DNA of 64,000 bases from an archaeon (GCA_043814055.1 JBDRKL010000006.1:26550-90549); one strand, 5' to 3'. Numbered from the stretch's first letter, positions 18,464-27,487 are shown. Made by a program: numbers and translations. The notes: a model not told the origin generated them from the letters alone.

Positions 18464-19513
18464 CTATACCCAGCCCTTTCTCCTGAAATACATAAACATT
18501 GAGATGCCTATCATAGATACCAATACCCACAATAGCGGGTAAGACCACTTCCAATGAAGCTCCGGCATGAAATCAAAGTTCATCCCGTACATCCCAGCCA
18601 CAAATGTCAGCGGTATAAATATGGATGCGAATATGGTAAGCACTTTCATCACTTCATTCATCTTGTTGCTTATTGTTGAGAGGTAAAAATCAAGCAGTCC
18701 AGAAACCATGTCCCTGTATGACTCAATAGTGTCTATGACTTGTATGGTGTGCTCGTAGAGATCCCTGAGATAGGCCTCAGTTGATTTCTTCACAAGCTTT
18801 GATTCTGCGCGCTGAAGATTGCTTATCACTTCCCTGAGCGGCCAGACAGACTTGCGGAGCTCTATGAGCTCGCGCTTCATGCTGTATACGTTGTTTAAAA
18901 CCTCGCTTGTTGGGTTGTCAAGTATGTTCTGCTCCAGCGATTCTATTTTGTCCCCCACCTTCTCAAGCAGAATAAAGTAATTGTCCACGATGGCGTCCAT
19001 CAGGGCGTAGGCGAGGTAATCGCTGCCCATCTTTCTTATGCGTCCTTTTCCGCTTCGTATCCTCTGCCTAACAGGGTCAAACACATCGCCCTCGTGCTCC
19101 TGGAATGAAATAACAAAATTCTTGCCAAGCACGATGCTCACTTGCTCATTGCTAATCTCGTGTTTTTTCTCGTCAAATTGGAGCATCTTCAGAGCCATGA
19201 AAATGTAGGAGTCAAAGTCCTCAAACTTGGGCCTCTGGTGCGTGTTTGCGATATCCTCAAGAACTAGCGGATGCACATCAAAATGTTTGCCAAGTTTTTC
19301 AAGAATTTCCACGTTGTGAACGCCTGTAACATTCATCCACGTTACAGTTGGCTTTTTCTTGAACGGGAAGCAGTCCTCTACTTTACTGGCGGGTTTCTCC
19401 TCAAGATTTGTTTCTTTGTAATCAATTATGTCTATCTTGACTTCAGCTTCCTTCTCTTTCCCAACATACACAACTGACCCTGGGGACATCCCAGGCTTTT
19501 TAGTTTTTGCCAT
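18464..19513 (-). CDS. corA: Mg/Co transporter CorA
   Basis: HPLVLEDI, MNEVMKVLT, YGMNF, MPEL; start MAKTKKPG at 19513 downstream of a TATA. Confidence 0.93.
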   Translation of the reverse strand: MAKTKKPGMSPGSVVYVGKEKEAEVKIDIIDYKETNLEEKPASKVEDCFPFKKKPTVTWMNVTGVHNVEILEKLGKHFDVHPLVLEDIANTHQRPKFEDFDSYIFMALKMLQFDEKKHEISNEQVSIVLGKNFVISFQEHEGDVFDPVRQRIRSGKGRIRKMGSDYLAYALMDAIVDNYFILLEKVGDKIESLEQNILDNPTSEVLNNVYSMKRELIELRKSVWPLREVISNLQRAESKLVKKSTEAYLRDLYEHTIQVIDTIESYRDMVSGLLDFYLSTISNKMNEVMKVLTIFASIFIPLTFVAGMYGMNFDFMPELHWKWSYPLLWVLVSMIGISMFMYFRRKGWV

Positions 19514-19604
19514 CTCCAAGCTTGGTACTCTGAGTTGGTTTATAAAAGTATGTTTGCCTGCTTTACAAAAGTTTATTACGCCGGCAAACTCCGGCGGCAC
19601 GTTT

Positions 19605-19638
19605 GGCTGCATTCGCTCACTTTGTTCGCGAAACAGCC
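19605..19638. repeat. REP-like palindrome GGCTGCATTCG-loop-CGAAACAGCC
   Basis: Same arms as the tRNA-intron hairpin at 24544-24573. Confidence 0.6.
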
Positions 19639-19654
19639 ATATTTAGATTTTTGA

Positions 19655-19800
19655 AAACCTTTATTAATCTTGGATTAGATACTTCATTCTTACAATTGGT
19701 TACTGAATGTCCCACAGCCCGCCGTCAAATAAATAACGGGGCTATGGTGCAACCTACCTTCTCTGCGGTGGTACACAACGCGAATTTTGCAAAGATATTT
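19655..19800 (+). repeat. Cassette junction, copy 2 (promoter, CAATTGGTTACTG segment, tRNA 5' fragment, ACGCGAATTTTGC segment)
   Basis: Direct similarity to the junctions at 20570-20795 and 23625-23847. Confidence 0.8.
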
Positions 19801-19840
19801 AATCAGATATTCTCCAACGTTTATTTTCTCACTAGAACAG

Positions 19841-20464
19841 TTATACACAATCGCAATACTTGCTAGCGCCTAGGTCTGTATGAAAAACTGTGCCAGTTGG
19901 GCATTCACATGTAGCAACTATGTATATGCCTACGACTGTAGGGTTATCAATACTCGCTGGTTTGCTGGGATCATTCAACTCGCCGCATCTTGCATTTGTC
20001 ACGCAGGCATCTGGTTGCACATGATTGTTATTATTGTCAGCAGCAGAATTCACAGGCAGATAGTATGTTCTGCACGCAGACCTCCCGCTAACATCCTTTA
20101 CACAGACTTGGAAATTGCCGCCTGTTCCTGTTGGTGTGCCCTTCAATACACCATCAATGCCAAGAATAAGTCCCATTGGTGGAAATCCAACCCCTGAGCC
20201 GAGATAGAAAGTATAGGGGCCATTATTTCCTTGAGGGTCCAGAGAAGAAATCATATCATGAGAAAAATCAAGGCTGTATGGAACGCCTATAGTTGCTGGA
20301 TAATCATTAAGTTTCCAAACTAAATCACCACCAATGTGAGGAAGCTTGATGAATCCTGCCTGCGATCCTATCACTATACCAAATATAACTACAATAAGTA
20401 TCCCAGGAATCCATGGGCTTTTTATAAGGCTTGGTTTTGATTTTGCTGGTTGTGTTTTTGCCAT
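19841..20464 (-). CDS. Membrane-anchored putative Ig (He_PIG-like) domain protein with Cys-rich tail
   Basis: N-terminal TM; FPPMGLILGIDGVLKGTPT..GNFQVCVKD. Confidence 0.6.
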   Translation of the reverse strand: MAKTQPAKSKPSLIKSPWIPGILIVVIFGIVIGSQAGFIKLPHIGGDLVWKLNDYPATIGVPYSLDFSHDMISSLDPQGNNGPYTFYLGSGVGFPPMGLILGIDGVLKGTPTGTGGNFQVCVKDVSGRSACRTYYLPVNSAADNNNNHVQPDACVTNARCGELNDPSKPASIDNPTVVGIYIVATCECPTGTVFHTDLGASKYCDCV

Positions 20465-20569
20465 CTATAAGCTTGGTAATTTCTGTTGGTTTATAAAACT
20501 ATGCTCAAAGTAAAATTAGGCTTAAGGATAGTCGTATGACTTCTTCACAGACGTTTCTTTCTGCACTCC

Positions 20570-20795
20570 AAACATTTATTAATCTCGGATTAGATTACTC
20601 TCTGTTAACATTGGGGCTATGGTAAAACACAGACCTTCCAATTGGTTACTGTGTTAACCACAGCCACTGTTAAATAATTGGGGCTATGGTGTAACCTTCT
20701 AAGCCAGGGTAGTGGGGTTTAAGGGTAGGGCTCACCACGCGATTTTGGCAAAATTTGAACTTTAACTTCGGTCAGAATGGTGGCTAGGAACTTAA
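20570..20795 (+). repeat. Cassette junction, copy 3, with two tRNA 5' fragments
   Basis: 20570-20623 is 50/54 identical to 24437-24490; second fragment GGGGCTATGGTGTAACCT at 20680-20697. Confidence 0.85.
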
Positions 20796-20797
20796 TA

Positions 20798-21832
20798 CTA
20801 CATTAATCCAAATATGAACCCTGCTGTTGTTGAAAATACAATCACAAGTCCGATATACACAAGCGTTTGTTTATTGCCAAGTATTTTTCTTATTACGAGC
20901 ATGTTCGGCAGGCTGAGGCTTGGACCGGCCAGTAACAAGGCTAGTGCAGGGCCTTTGCCCATCCCCAGTTTCATCAATTCTCCGATGATTGGAACTTCAG
21001 TTAGCGTAGCGAAGTACATGAGAGCTCCGAAGATTGAAGCGACAAAATTAGATGTTAGACTGTTACCTCCAAGGTATGCTTGGACTATCTCTTGGGGGAG
21101 CAGAACCTGTATCATGCCAGCTATGAACACGCCAATTAATAGATAGGGCACTATCAGTTTTGTAATGCTCCAAGTTTCCTTTAACCAGTTGAGGTTATCC
21201 TGCTTAGTGAATTTTAATTTTAGTAAAATCAATAGGAAAATAAGCAGCATACTAAAGCCCATTAATTTCAAAGTAAAACCGATTTGAAGCCCGTTAACAA
21301 TCAATATTCCTACAAGGAGTGCAAAAAATGACAAAACTGTAGTTTTTGATTTCTCGTGCCCCACAGGGGCAGAGAACACATCCCCTTTATTTTTTGTTTT
21401 TCTTTGGAACAAAAAGTGCATTATCAGTCCGATTACAATCGACAGTGAGATGGCAGCAACAGCCCTCGCAACCCCTAACTCAAAACCAAGTACATTTGCA
21501 GTGTAGATTATAGCGAGCAGGTTAATCGCAGGACCTGAGAAAAGAAACGTTATCGCAGGGCCTAGGCCTGCCCCCCTTTCTTTTATGCCCGCGAATAAGG
21601 GAAGGATTGTACAGGAGCAGACCGCAAGTATTGCCCCGGAAACTGCAGCAACAGAGTAGGAAACGTGCTTTTTGGCATTAGGTCCAAGATACTTGAGAAC
21701 AGATTCTTTTTTTAGGAAAACTGCAATTGCCCCTGCTATGAAAAATGCAGGGATGAGGCAGGTTATGACGTGGGCTGACAGGTATTCAGTTAGAGCAGTA
21801 GTTCCGGCAAAAACCAGCTCAGTTAGAATCAC
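20798..21832 (-). CDS. ArsP-like (DUF318) permease
   Basis: LAVCSCTILPLF, FLFSGPAIN, MYFATLTEVPI, LLLAGPSLSLP. Confidence 0.85.
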   Translation of the reverse strand: MILTELVFAGTTALTEYLSAHVITCLIPAFFIAGAIAVFLKKESVLKYLGPNAKKHVSYSVAAVSGAILAVCSCTILPLFAGIKERGAGLGPAITFLFSGPAINLLAIIYTANVLGFELGVARAVAAISLSIVIGLIMHFLFQRKTKNKGDVFSAPVGHEKSKTTVLSFFALLVGILIVNGLQIGFTLKLMGFSMLLIFLLILLKLKFTKQDNLNWLKETWSITKLIVPYLLIGVFIAGMIQVLLPQEIVQAYLGGNSLTSNFVASIFGALMYFATLTEVPIIGELMKLGMGKGPALALLLAGPSLSLPNMLVIRKILGNKQTLVYIGLVIVFSTTAGFIFGLM

Positions 21833-22056
21833 TTAATCCACCCCTTTATTTCATCCACTGTAGGAATTCTGCCCTGTGCCTTTACTTCACCATCAATAAC
21901 AATCGCAGGAGTCATCGTGACTCTTTCTATTATTTTTGTGATGTCTGTGACCTTTTCTATCTCAACATTAACATCCAGTTCGCTTGCCGCCTGCTTGGCG
22001 TTTTCTTCGAGCTGTTTGCATTTGGTGCAGCCCGACCCAAGTATTTCTATTTTCAT
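21829..22056 (-). CDS. Small redox-active disulfide protein (thioredoxin family)
   Basis: MKIEILGSGCTKC...MTPAIVIDG. Confidence 0.88.
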   Translation of the reverse strand: MKIEILGSGCTKCKQLEENAKQAASELDVNVEIEKVTDITKIIERVTMTPAIVIDGEVKAQGRIPTVDEIKGWIK

Positions 22057-22070
22057 TTTTTATACTCCAT

Positions 22071-22781
22071 TTATATGTTTATTAATAGGGTATAGTAAAC
22101 CCCTACGAAAATGAACACGACTGAGACTATTCTCCGCATCCACTTGTCAAAAACCTGAACTTTGTCCATTATAACAGCGAGTTTCGAGACGCTGTACGTA
22201 AGCACGAACGAAACTATAATAACAGGCAGGCCAGTTCCAAGGGCAAATAATATAGGGATTAGCACACCATCACCTGTCGCCAGCGCGAGCGGTATGAGCA
22301 TCCCAAAGAACAGCACTGCGCTGAACGGACAGAACGCCATAGCAAAAATTACCCCGAGCAGGAAGCACCCCAGTAGCCCCTTGCTGAACAATTTCTCCTT
22401 CAGCAGATTGATACTCTCACTTCCTCTGAGGTTAGGGAGTTTAATCAAACCAGTCATTAGCACGCCTATAAGAATTAAGAAAGGTCCAAGTGCAGCTTCT
22501 CCATAGCGCTGGAGAAACAATGATACAGACTGGGAACTTAGTCCTGCCCATACTATAAGTGACGCGATAGAGACATACGTAAGTGCCCTTCCAGTTGTAT
22601 AAACCACTCCGGCGAGAAGAGTCCATCTTTTCTCACCAAGACGCTTGGATATGGCTGCTATCGCGGTGATATTCGTCGCCATTGGACAGGGACTTAGCGC
22701 AGTCATTAGTCCTATGAAAAAAGCCGCTATTATGGCGATTTCGCTTGTACCCATTGCTTCCATGAAAGTCATTAATGTCAT
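22071..22781 (-). CDS. ArsG-like / DsbD-CcdA family membrane protein
   Basis: LSPCPMATN and AFCPFS motifs; about 6 TM; ars operon context. Confidence 0.75.
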   Translation of the reverse strand: MTLMTFMEAMGTSEIAIIAAFFIGLMTALSPCPMATNITAIAAISKRLGEKRWTLLAGVVYTTGRALTYVSIASLIVWAGLSSQSVSLFLQRYGEAALGPFLILIGVLMTGLIKLPNLRGSESINLLKEKLFSKGLLGCFLLGVIFAMAFCPFSAVLFFGMLIPLALATGDGVLIPILFALGTGLPVIIVSFVLTYSVSKLAVIMDKVQVFDKWMRRIVSVVFIFVGVYYTLLINI

Positions 22782-23278
22782 TCTAATTCACCTGCCAATT
22801 TTTGTTCAATTACACTCTTGAGATAGTTCATGTAATCTGCCTTGTCGTTTATCTTATACCAGACGTTGGTGTTCTGCTCGGCATGAAAACCGTTCTCGTC
22901 ATAGACACCAATCCATAATGAAGAGCCTGTTGCGCCGTACTTTTCTGCAAGCGCCGCATTCTCCGAAAGCTGGACGTTTACATGTCCGAATACTACTTTA
23001 CCTGATTTCACCTCGTCGGCAAAGTACGTGTTGACAGTCTCTTCGGCGTATGCCCCAACAGTAATGCAGGAATAACATTGACGCGTCCCGTGGAAATGAT
23101 ATACTTCGATTTTTTCTACATTAGATGGGGGCAATTGGATTTTGGCTGTTTCTCCAGCAGTATCATTAACGCCAACATCAGAATCCGTTTTACCGTCGCC
23201 CACGCAACCAGAGCTAATCACTATTACTACAAGTAAAACAAGAAGCACACCAAGCGGCTTAGCACTCATTTTTGTCAC
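22778..23278 (-). CDS. ArsF-like thioredoxin-fold lipoprotein
   Basis: Lipobox ISSGC; YHFHGTRQCYSC. Confidence 0.7.
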   Translation of the reverse strand: MTKMSAKPLGVLLVLLVVIVISSGCVGDGKTDSDVGVNDTAGETAKIQLPPSNVEKIEVYHFHGTRQCYSCITVGAYAEETVNTYFADEVKSGKVVFGHVNVQLSENAALAEKYGATGSSLWIGVYDENGFHAEQNTNVWYKINDKADYMNYLKSVIEQKLAGELE

Positions 23279-23567
23279 TTCTCCTGCAAAGGCCTTTTAC
23301 AGTTTTGCGCTTCGTGTAGCCAAGTGCCTTGAGTACATTGCAAACCCTAAAGTCGTTTATCTTGTAAAGTATTTTCTTGCCGTCTCTCCGTGATTCGAGG
23401 ATGCCACAGTTCTCTAATTTTCCCAAGTGGATGGAAACTGTTGATTGTTTCCTCCTTGTGTGTGGGATTATTTCGCAGACACACTTTTCGCCGTCTAGGA
23501 GAAACTCGACGATTTTCAGCCTTGTTTCATCTGCAAGGGCCTTTAGGATTTTGAGAGATTCCTTCAT
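23259..23567 (-). CDS. arsR: ArsR/SmtB family metalloregulator
   Basis: LKALADETRLKI..GEKCVCEI..QSTVSIHL; inverted repeat ATATTGA-N6-TCAATAT at 23573-23592 overlapping its promoter. Confidence 0.88.
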   Translation of the reverse strand: MKESLKILKALADETRLKIVEFLLDGEKCVCEIIPHTRRKQSTVSIHLGKLENCGILESRRDGKKILYKINDFRVCNVLKALGYTKRKTVKGLCRRSDKNEC

Positions 23568-23624
23568 AAAACATATTGACAAGTATCAATATATAAAGTT
23601 TTTCTAGCCCACTTCCCCTCCTCC

Positions 23625-23847
23625 AAACCTTTATTAATCTCTAACTAGATTACATGTATCTGCACTGTGTAACCCGGGAGCAAAGGTTTAAATACAATGA
23701 ATGCGCTTTTCTCGAAACCGGTAAGCTAAGGTGCAAAAACATAAATTGGGGCTATGGTGTAAACCACGTCTAATGGTACTGTACACCACGCGAATTTTGC
23801 CAAGAATTGGACTGTAGCTCGGTTCACTTACTGGCTTAGGGACTTAA
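23625..23847 (+). repeat. Cassette junction, copy 4, with tRNA D-arm relic and 5' fragment
   Basis: Promoter 23625-23640; GTGTAACCCGGGAGCA 23667-23682 (15/16 match to the tRNA D-arm); GGGGCTATGGTGTAA 23748-23762; CACCACGCGAATTTTGC downstream. Confidence 0.8.
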
Positions 23848-23895
23848 GATTTTAGGTGAAAAACATTATAAAGAACCTTGTTTTAATTTTATCAT

Positions 23896-24390
23896 ATGAA
23901 AATACTTGTTTTCTTACACGGAACATCGATTATGCATAAAAATGCCGAAGGACATAATCCAGAAGAGATAGCCAAACAAGTAATAGAGGGCGAGGAATCG
24001 GTTACAGATTATAGCTCATACATCCCGGTTGGAAACGCTGTTGAAAAACTTAAAACTTGGGAAACTCAAGGGGCAAAAATTTTGTATTTTAGTTCTCATA
24101 AAAAGTTCGAAGATGTTGAACAAGATAAAGCTGTTCTAAAAAGGCAGGGGTTCCCCAAAGGTTTGGTATATTATCGTAAAAATGATGAAGAATATCATAC
24201 TGTTGTGGAGCGAATAAAACCAGATATACTAGTAGAGGATGATGCCAAGTCCATTGGTGGGGATATGATTTCACCAACATTAAATCCAAAACTTGGAATA
24301 AAAATAATTGTTGTTAAAGAATTTGCTGGGATCGACAACCTTCCTGACGAGATTTCTGTTTTATCAAAAAATCATTCCCAAGCGACTTAG
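23896..24390 (+). CDS. Hypothetical protein, HAD-like fold
   Basis: Degenerate motif I (LVFLHGT), ILYFSS, ILVEDD motif IV-like. Confidence 0.5.
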   Translation: MKILVFLHGTSIMHKNAEGHNPEEIAKQVIEGEESVTDYSSYIPVGNAVEKLKTWETQGAKILYFSSHKKFEDVEQDKAVLKRQGFPKGLVYYRKNDEEYHTVVERIKPDILVEDDAKSIGGDMISPTLNPKLGIKIIVVKEFAGIDNLPDEISVLSKNHSQAT

Positions 24391-24479
24391 GGGCAGTCCT
24401 ACAGCTGACGCGCGGACTTTTCTTTCTCTCGTTTACAAACCTTTATTAATCTCGAATTAGATTACTCTCTGCTAACATC

Positions 24480-24748
24480 GGGGCTATGGTGTAACCTGGG
24501 AGCATAAGTGGCTCCAGTCAGCCGAGAAATCGGCTGGCGCTTTGTGCTGCATTCGGCTTCGCCGAAACAGCACGGCTCGCACGAACCCGCAACAGCGGGT
24601 TGTGCAACACGCTTCGCGTGTTTGCACGCTCGCGCGTGCTCGCTTGGGCGCCAAGATTGGAGCTTTGACCCTTCGGGGGATGATAAAGTACAAAGCTCAC
24701 AGTGGTAGAAACCACTAGGCCAGGGTTCAAATCCCTGTGGCCCCACCA
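24480..24748 (+). tRNA. tRNA-Trp(CCA) with 193-nt intron at 37/38 (24518-24710) and encoded CCA end
   Basis: Acceptor GGGGCTA/TGGCCCC, D-stem GTGT/GCAT, anticodon stem AGTGG/CCACT with CT-CCA-G, T-arm CAGGG-TTCAAAT-CCCTG, ACCA; relaxed BHB. Confidence 0.92.
24656..24686 (+). ncRNA. Intron-encoded box C/D guide element for Cm34 of tRNA-Trp
   Basis: TTGGAGCT (24657-24664) pairs with positions 30-37 and is followed by D'-like TTGA; the 5th nt upstream pairs with C34; then CCC-TTCG-GGG and C'-like GATGATA. Confidence 0.65.
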
Positions 24749-24771
24749 CAACCTTTTTTAAAAAAAGGTTG
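24749..24771 (+). terminator. Palindrome with T-tract directly after the tRNA
   Basis: CAACCTTTTTT-A-AAAAAAGGTTG. Confidence 0.5.
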
Positions 24772-24826
24772 ATCAAAAATCAGGGGCGTTCACTCACTTC
24801 GTTCATGAAGCCCCACTCTTATTCAT

Positions 24827-27487
24827 ATGGATCATAAAAAAATCGAAGCCAAATGGCAGAAAGCCTGGGCTGAGAAAAAGGCCTTCCAAGTAAAAGAAGA
24901 CCCCAAAAAAGAAAAATTCTATGTTCTTGAGATGTTTTCCTATCCCAGCGGCAAGGCGCACATGGGTCACGTTCGCAATTACTCAATCGGCGACGCATAC
25001 GCCCGCTACAAGCGAATGAGCGGCTTCAACGTGCTTTACCCAATGGGGTTTGACGCTTTCGGCCTCCCTGCAGAAAACGCAGCCATCCAGAACAAGACGC
25101 ATCCCAAAACCTGGACCGAGCAGAGTATGGCGGACATGACCAAGCAGTTCAAAGCGCTTGGATTAAGCTATGACTGGGACCGCTCAGTTGTAACTTGCTA
25201 CCCTGAATACTACAAGTGGAACCAACTCATTTTCCTCAAAATGCTTGAGCGCGGTCTCGCATACCGCAAAGCTTCGCCTATAAATTGGTGCCCGAAGTGC
25301 AACACGGTCCTGGCAAATGAGCAAGTTGAAAATGGCAAGTGCTGGCGCTGCAAGGCAGCAGTTGAGCTGAAAAATCTTGAGCAGTGGCTGCTCAAAATCA
25401 CAGATTACGCTGACGAACTTTTGGAATCAATCGACGGGCTTGAATGGCCTGAGCAGGTTAAGACAATGCAGAGGAACTGGATTGGCAAAAGTTCAGGAAC
25501 TGTGTTCAAGTTCAAAGTGAAGGACGTTGACTTAACGCTTGAGACCTACACAACCAGACCGGACACAATGTTCGGCATAACTTTCCTTGTCCTCCCGCCG
25601 GAAAGTCCGCATATTGAAACGCTTGTGAAGGACACAAAGCACGAGGAAGAAGTGATGGAGTTCGTGAAGAAAGCTGTGAAAGTCTCTGCAATGGACCGCA
25701 CAGACGAGACAAAACCAAAGAACGGCGTGTACACAGGAAGGAATTTCATAGACCCAATTTCAAAAGAAGAATATCCGATTTACGTTACTGACTATGTCAT
25801 AGCTGACTATGGAACCGGAGTTGTAATTGGAGTTCCGGCGCACGACCAGCGTGATTTTGAATTTGCAAAGAAGTATGACATCCCAATTAAAGTGGTTATA
25901 ACGCCTGAAAACCACGTGCTAGAAGCTGATAAAATGACTCGGGCATTCATTGAAGAGGGCGTTTTGGTCAACTCAGGCGAGTTCGACGGCTGGAACAACC
26001 GCGAGGCAATGGATGCAATTTCAGAATGGGCCACAAAGCAGGGCTTTGCATACAAGTCAACGCAGTACAAACTCCGCGACTGGCTCATTTCAAGGCAGAG
26101 ATACTGGGGAACCCCAATTCCAATCATATACTGCGACAAGTGCGGCGCAGTTCCTGTGCCTGAAAAGGATTTGCCAGTGAAGCTTCCTGAGGATGTTAAA
26201 TTCACAGGCAAAGGAAATCCAATGCTCACTTCAGACGCATTCGTGAACACAACCTGTCCAAAATGCAAAGGCAAGGCAAAGCGCGAAACCGATACTATGG
26301 ACACGTTCATTGACAGCACGTGGTATTTCTACCGCTACTGCAGTCCTAAATTTGACAAAGGACCTTTTGACCCCAAGGCAGTTGAATACTGGCTCCCTGT
26401 TGACCAATACATCGGCGGAATTGAGCACGCAGTGATGCATTTGCTCTACGCGCGCTTCTGGACCAAAGCTTTGCGCGATTTGGGCTTCTGCAAAATTGAC
26501 GAGCCTTTCAAGCGCCTGCTGTGCCAGGGAATGGTAATAAAAGACGGGGCAAAGATGAGCAAGAGCTTTGGTAACACAGTTGACCCGAATGAAATAATTG
26601 AGAAATACGGCGCGGACACTGCGCGCTGTTTTATCCTCTTCGCCGCTCTGCCTGAGAAGGAATTAGACTGGAGCGACCAGGGAGTTTTTGCAGTGCACAA
26701 ATTCCTTTCCAAAGTCCACACGCTCTTTGAAACCGCAGAGTTCAAGAGCGGCAAAATCAACGTGAAGAAACTGCGCAGCAAGGACTTGTATGTGCTCTCC
26801 AGGGTGCATTCAACTGTGAAAAAGGTCACAGAATGCATGGAATCCTTCCAAATGAACATAGCGCTTACAAGCGTGCTCAGTTTGGTCAATGACATCACTA
26901 AGTACAGCAAAGATTCGAATAAAGAAGTGATGTACGAAGCACTCACAAACACCGCGCTGATGCTTTCCCCATTCGCGCCGCACCTTGCAGAAGAAATGTG
27001 GGCAAAGCTTGGTGAAAAAGATTTAGTTTCACTTGCAAAGTGGCCAAAGCCGAACAAGGATTACTTGGATGAGGTGATGGAGCTCGGCGAGCGCGTTGTG
27101 CAGGACACGTTCTCAGATGTGCGTGAAGTAATTAAGCTTATTGAGAAAGACCCTGCGATAATCACATTATTCATCGCACCGGAGTGGAAGTATGAAGTTT
27201 ACAAAGGCGTTAAAGCTGGGAAAGAAATCAAGGACTTTATGGCTGATGCAAAGCTTAAGCCGTTCGGGAAAGAAATCGTTGGATATGTGCAGAAGCTTTT
27301 GAAAAAGAAGCACGAGCTCGCTGAGAAAACGCTAAGCAGGGCGCAAGAACTGCAGTTCTTTGAAGAGTCAAAAGCCCAGCTTGAGGAAGAATTGAAATGC
27401 ACAGTTCAAGTTGTGAAGGCTGAGGATTCAGATGAGCCAAAAGCAAAGAGCGCAGATGTAATGAAACCAGGAGTGTTTGTTGAGTGA
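24827..27487 (+). CDS. leuS: Leucine--tRNA ligase (bacterial-type core)
   Basis: MFSYPSG, HMGH, GFDAFGLPAENAA, YTTRPDT, GVPAHDQRD, SRQRYWG, KMSKS. Confidence 0.95.
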   Translation: MDHKKIEAKWQKAWAEKKAFQVKEDPKKEKFYVLEMFSYPSGKAHMGHVRNYSIGDAYARYKRMSGFNVLYPMGFDAFGLPAENAAIQNKTHPKTWTEQSMADMTKQFKALGLSYDWDRSVVTCYPEYYKWNQLIFLKMLERGLAYRKASPINWCPKCNTVLANEQVENGKCWRCKAAVELKNLEQWLLKITDYADELLESIDGLEWPEQVKTMQRNWIGKSSGTVFKFKVKDVDLTLETYTTRPDTMFGITFLVLPPESPHIETLVKDTKHEEEVMEFVKKAVKVSAMDRTDETKPKNGVYTGRNFIDPISKEEYPIYVTDYVIADYGTGVVIGVPAHDQRDFEFAKKYDIPIKVVITPENHVLEADKMTRAFIEEGVLVNSGEFDGWNNREAMDAISEWATKQGFAYKSTQYKLRDWLISRQRYWGTPIPIIYCDKCGAVPVPEKDLPVKLPEDVKFTGKGNPMLTSDAFVNTTCPKCKGKAKRETDTMDTFIDSTWYFYRYCSPKFDKGPFDPKAVEYWLPVDQYIGGIEHAVMHLLYARFWTKALRDLGFCKIDEPFKRLLCQGMVIKDGAKMSKSFGNTVDPNEIIEKYGADTARCFILFAALPEKELDWSDQGVFAVHKFLSKVHTLFETAEFKSGKINVKKLRSKDLYVLSRVHSTVKKVTECMESFQMNIALTSVLSLVNDITKYSKDSNKEVMYEALTNTALMLSPFAPHLAEEMWAKLGEKDLVSLAKWPKPNKDYLDEVMELGERVVQDTFSDVREVIKLIEKDPAIITLFIAPEWKYEVYKGVKAGKEIKDFMADAKLKPFGKEIVGYVQKLLKKKHELAEKTLSRAQELQFFEESKAQLEEELKCTVQVVKAEDSDEPKAKSADVMKPGVFVE

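Larger units (their letters stand above)
16022..24496. mobile_element. Tandem cassette island bounded and subdivided by copies of the tRNA-Trp promoter and 5' end
   Basis: GGGGCTATGGT at 16066, 19738, 20613, 20680, 23748 and 24480 (intact tRNA); AAAC(A/C)TTTATTAA promoter copies at 16022, 19655, 20570, 23625, 24437. Confidence 0.75.

Noticed and set aside
16022-24496. CRISPR array interpretation of the GGGGCTATGGT repeats
   Set aside because: Spacing is irregular (67 bp to 3.7 kb), the repeat is the tRNA 5' end, and there are no cas genes
24462-24776. ORF-track ORFs overlapping the tRNA-Trp gene, or a homing endonuclease in the intron
   Set aside because: Shadow frames of a GC-rich structured RNA; the intron is too short and has no LAGLIDADG motif
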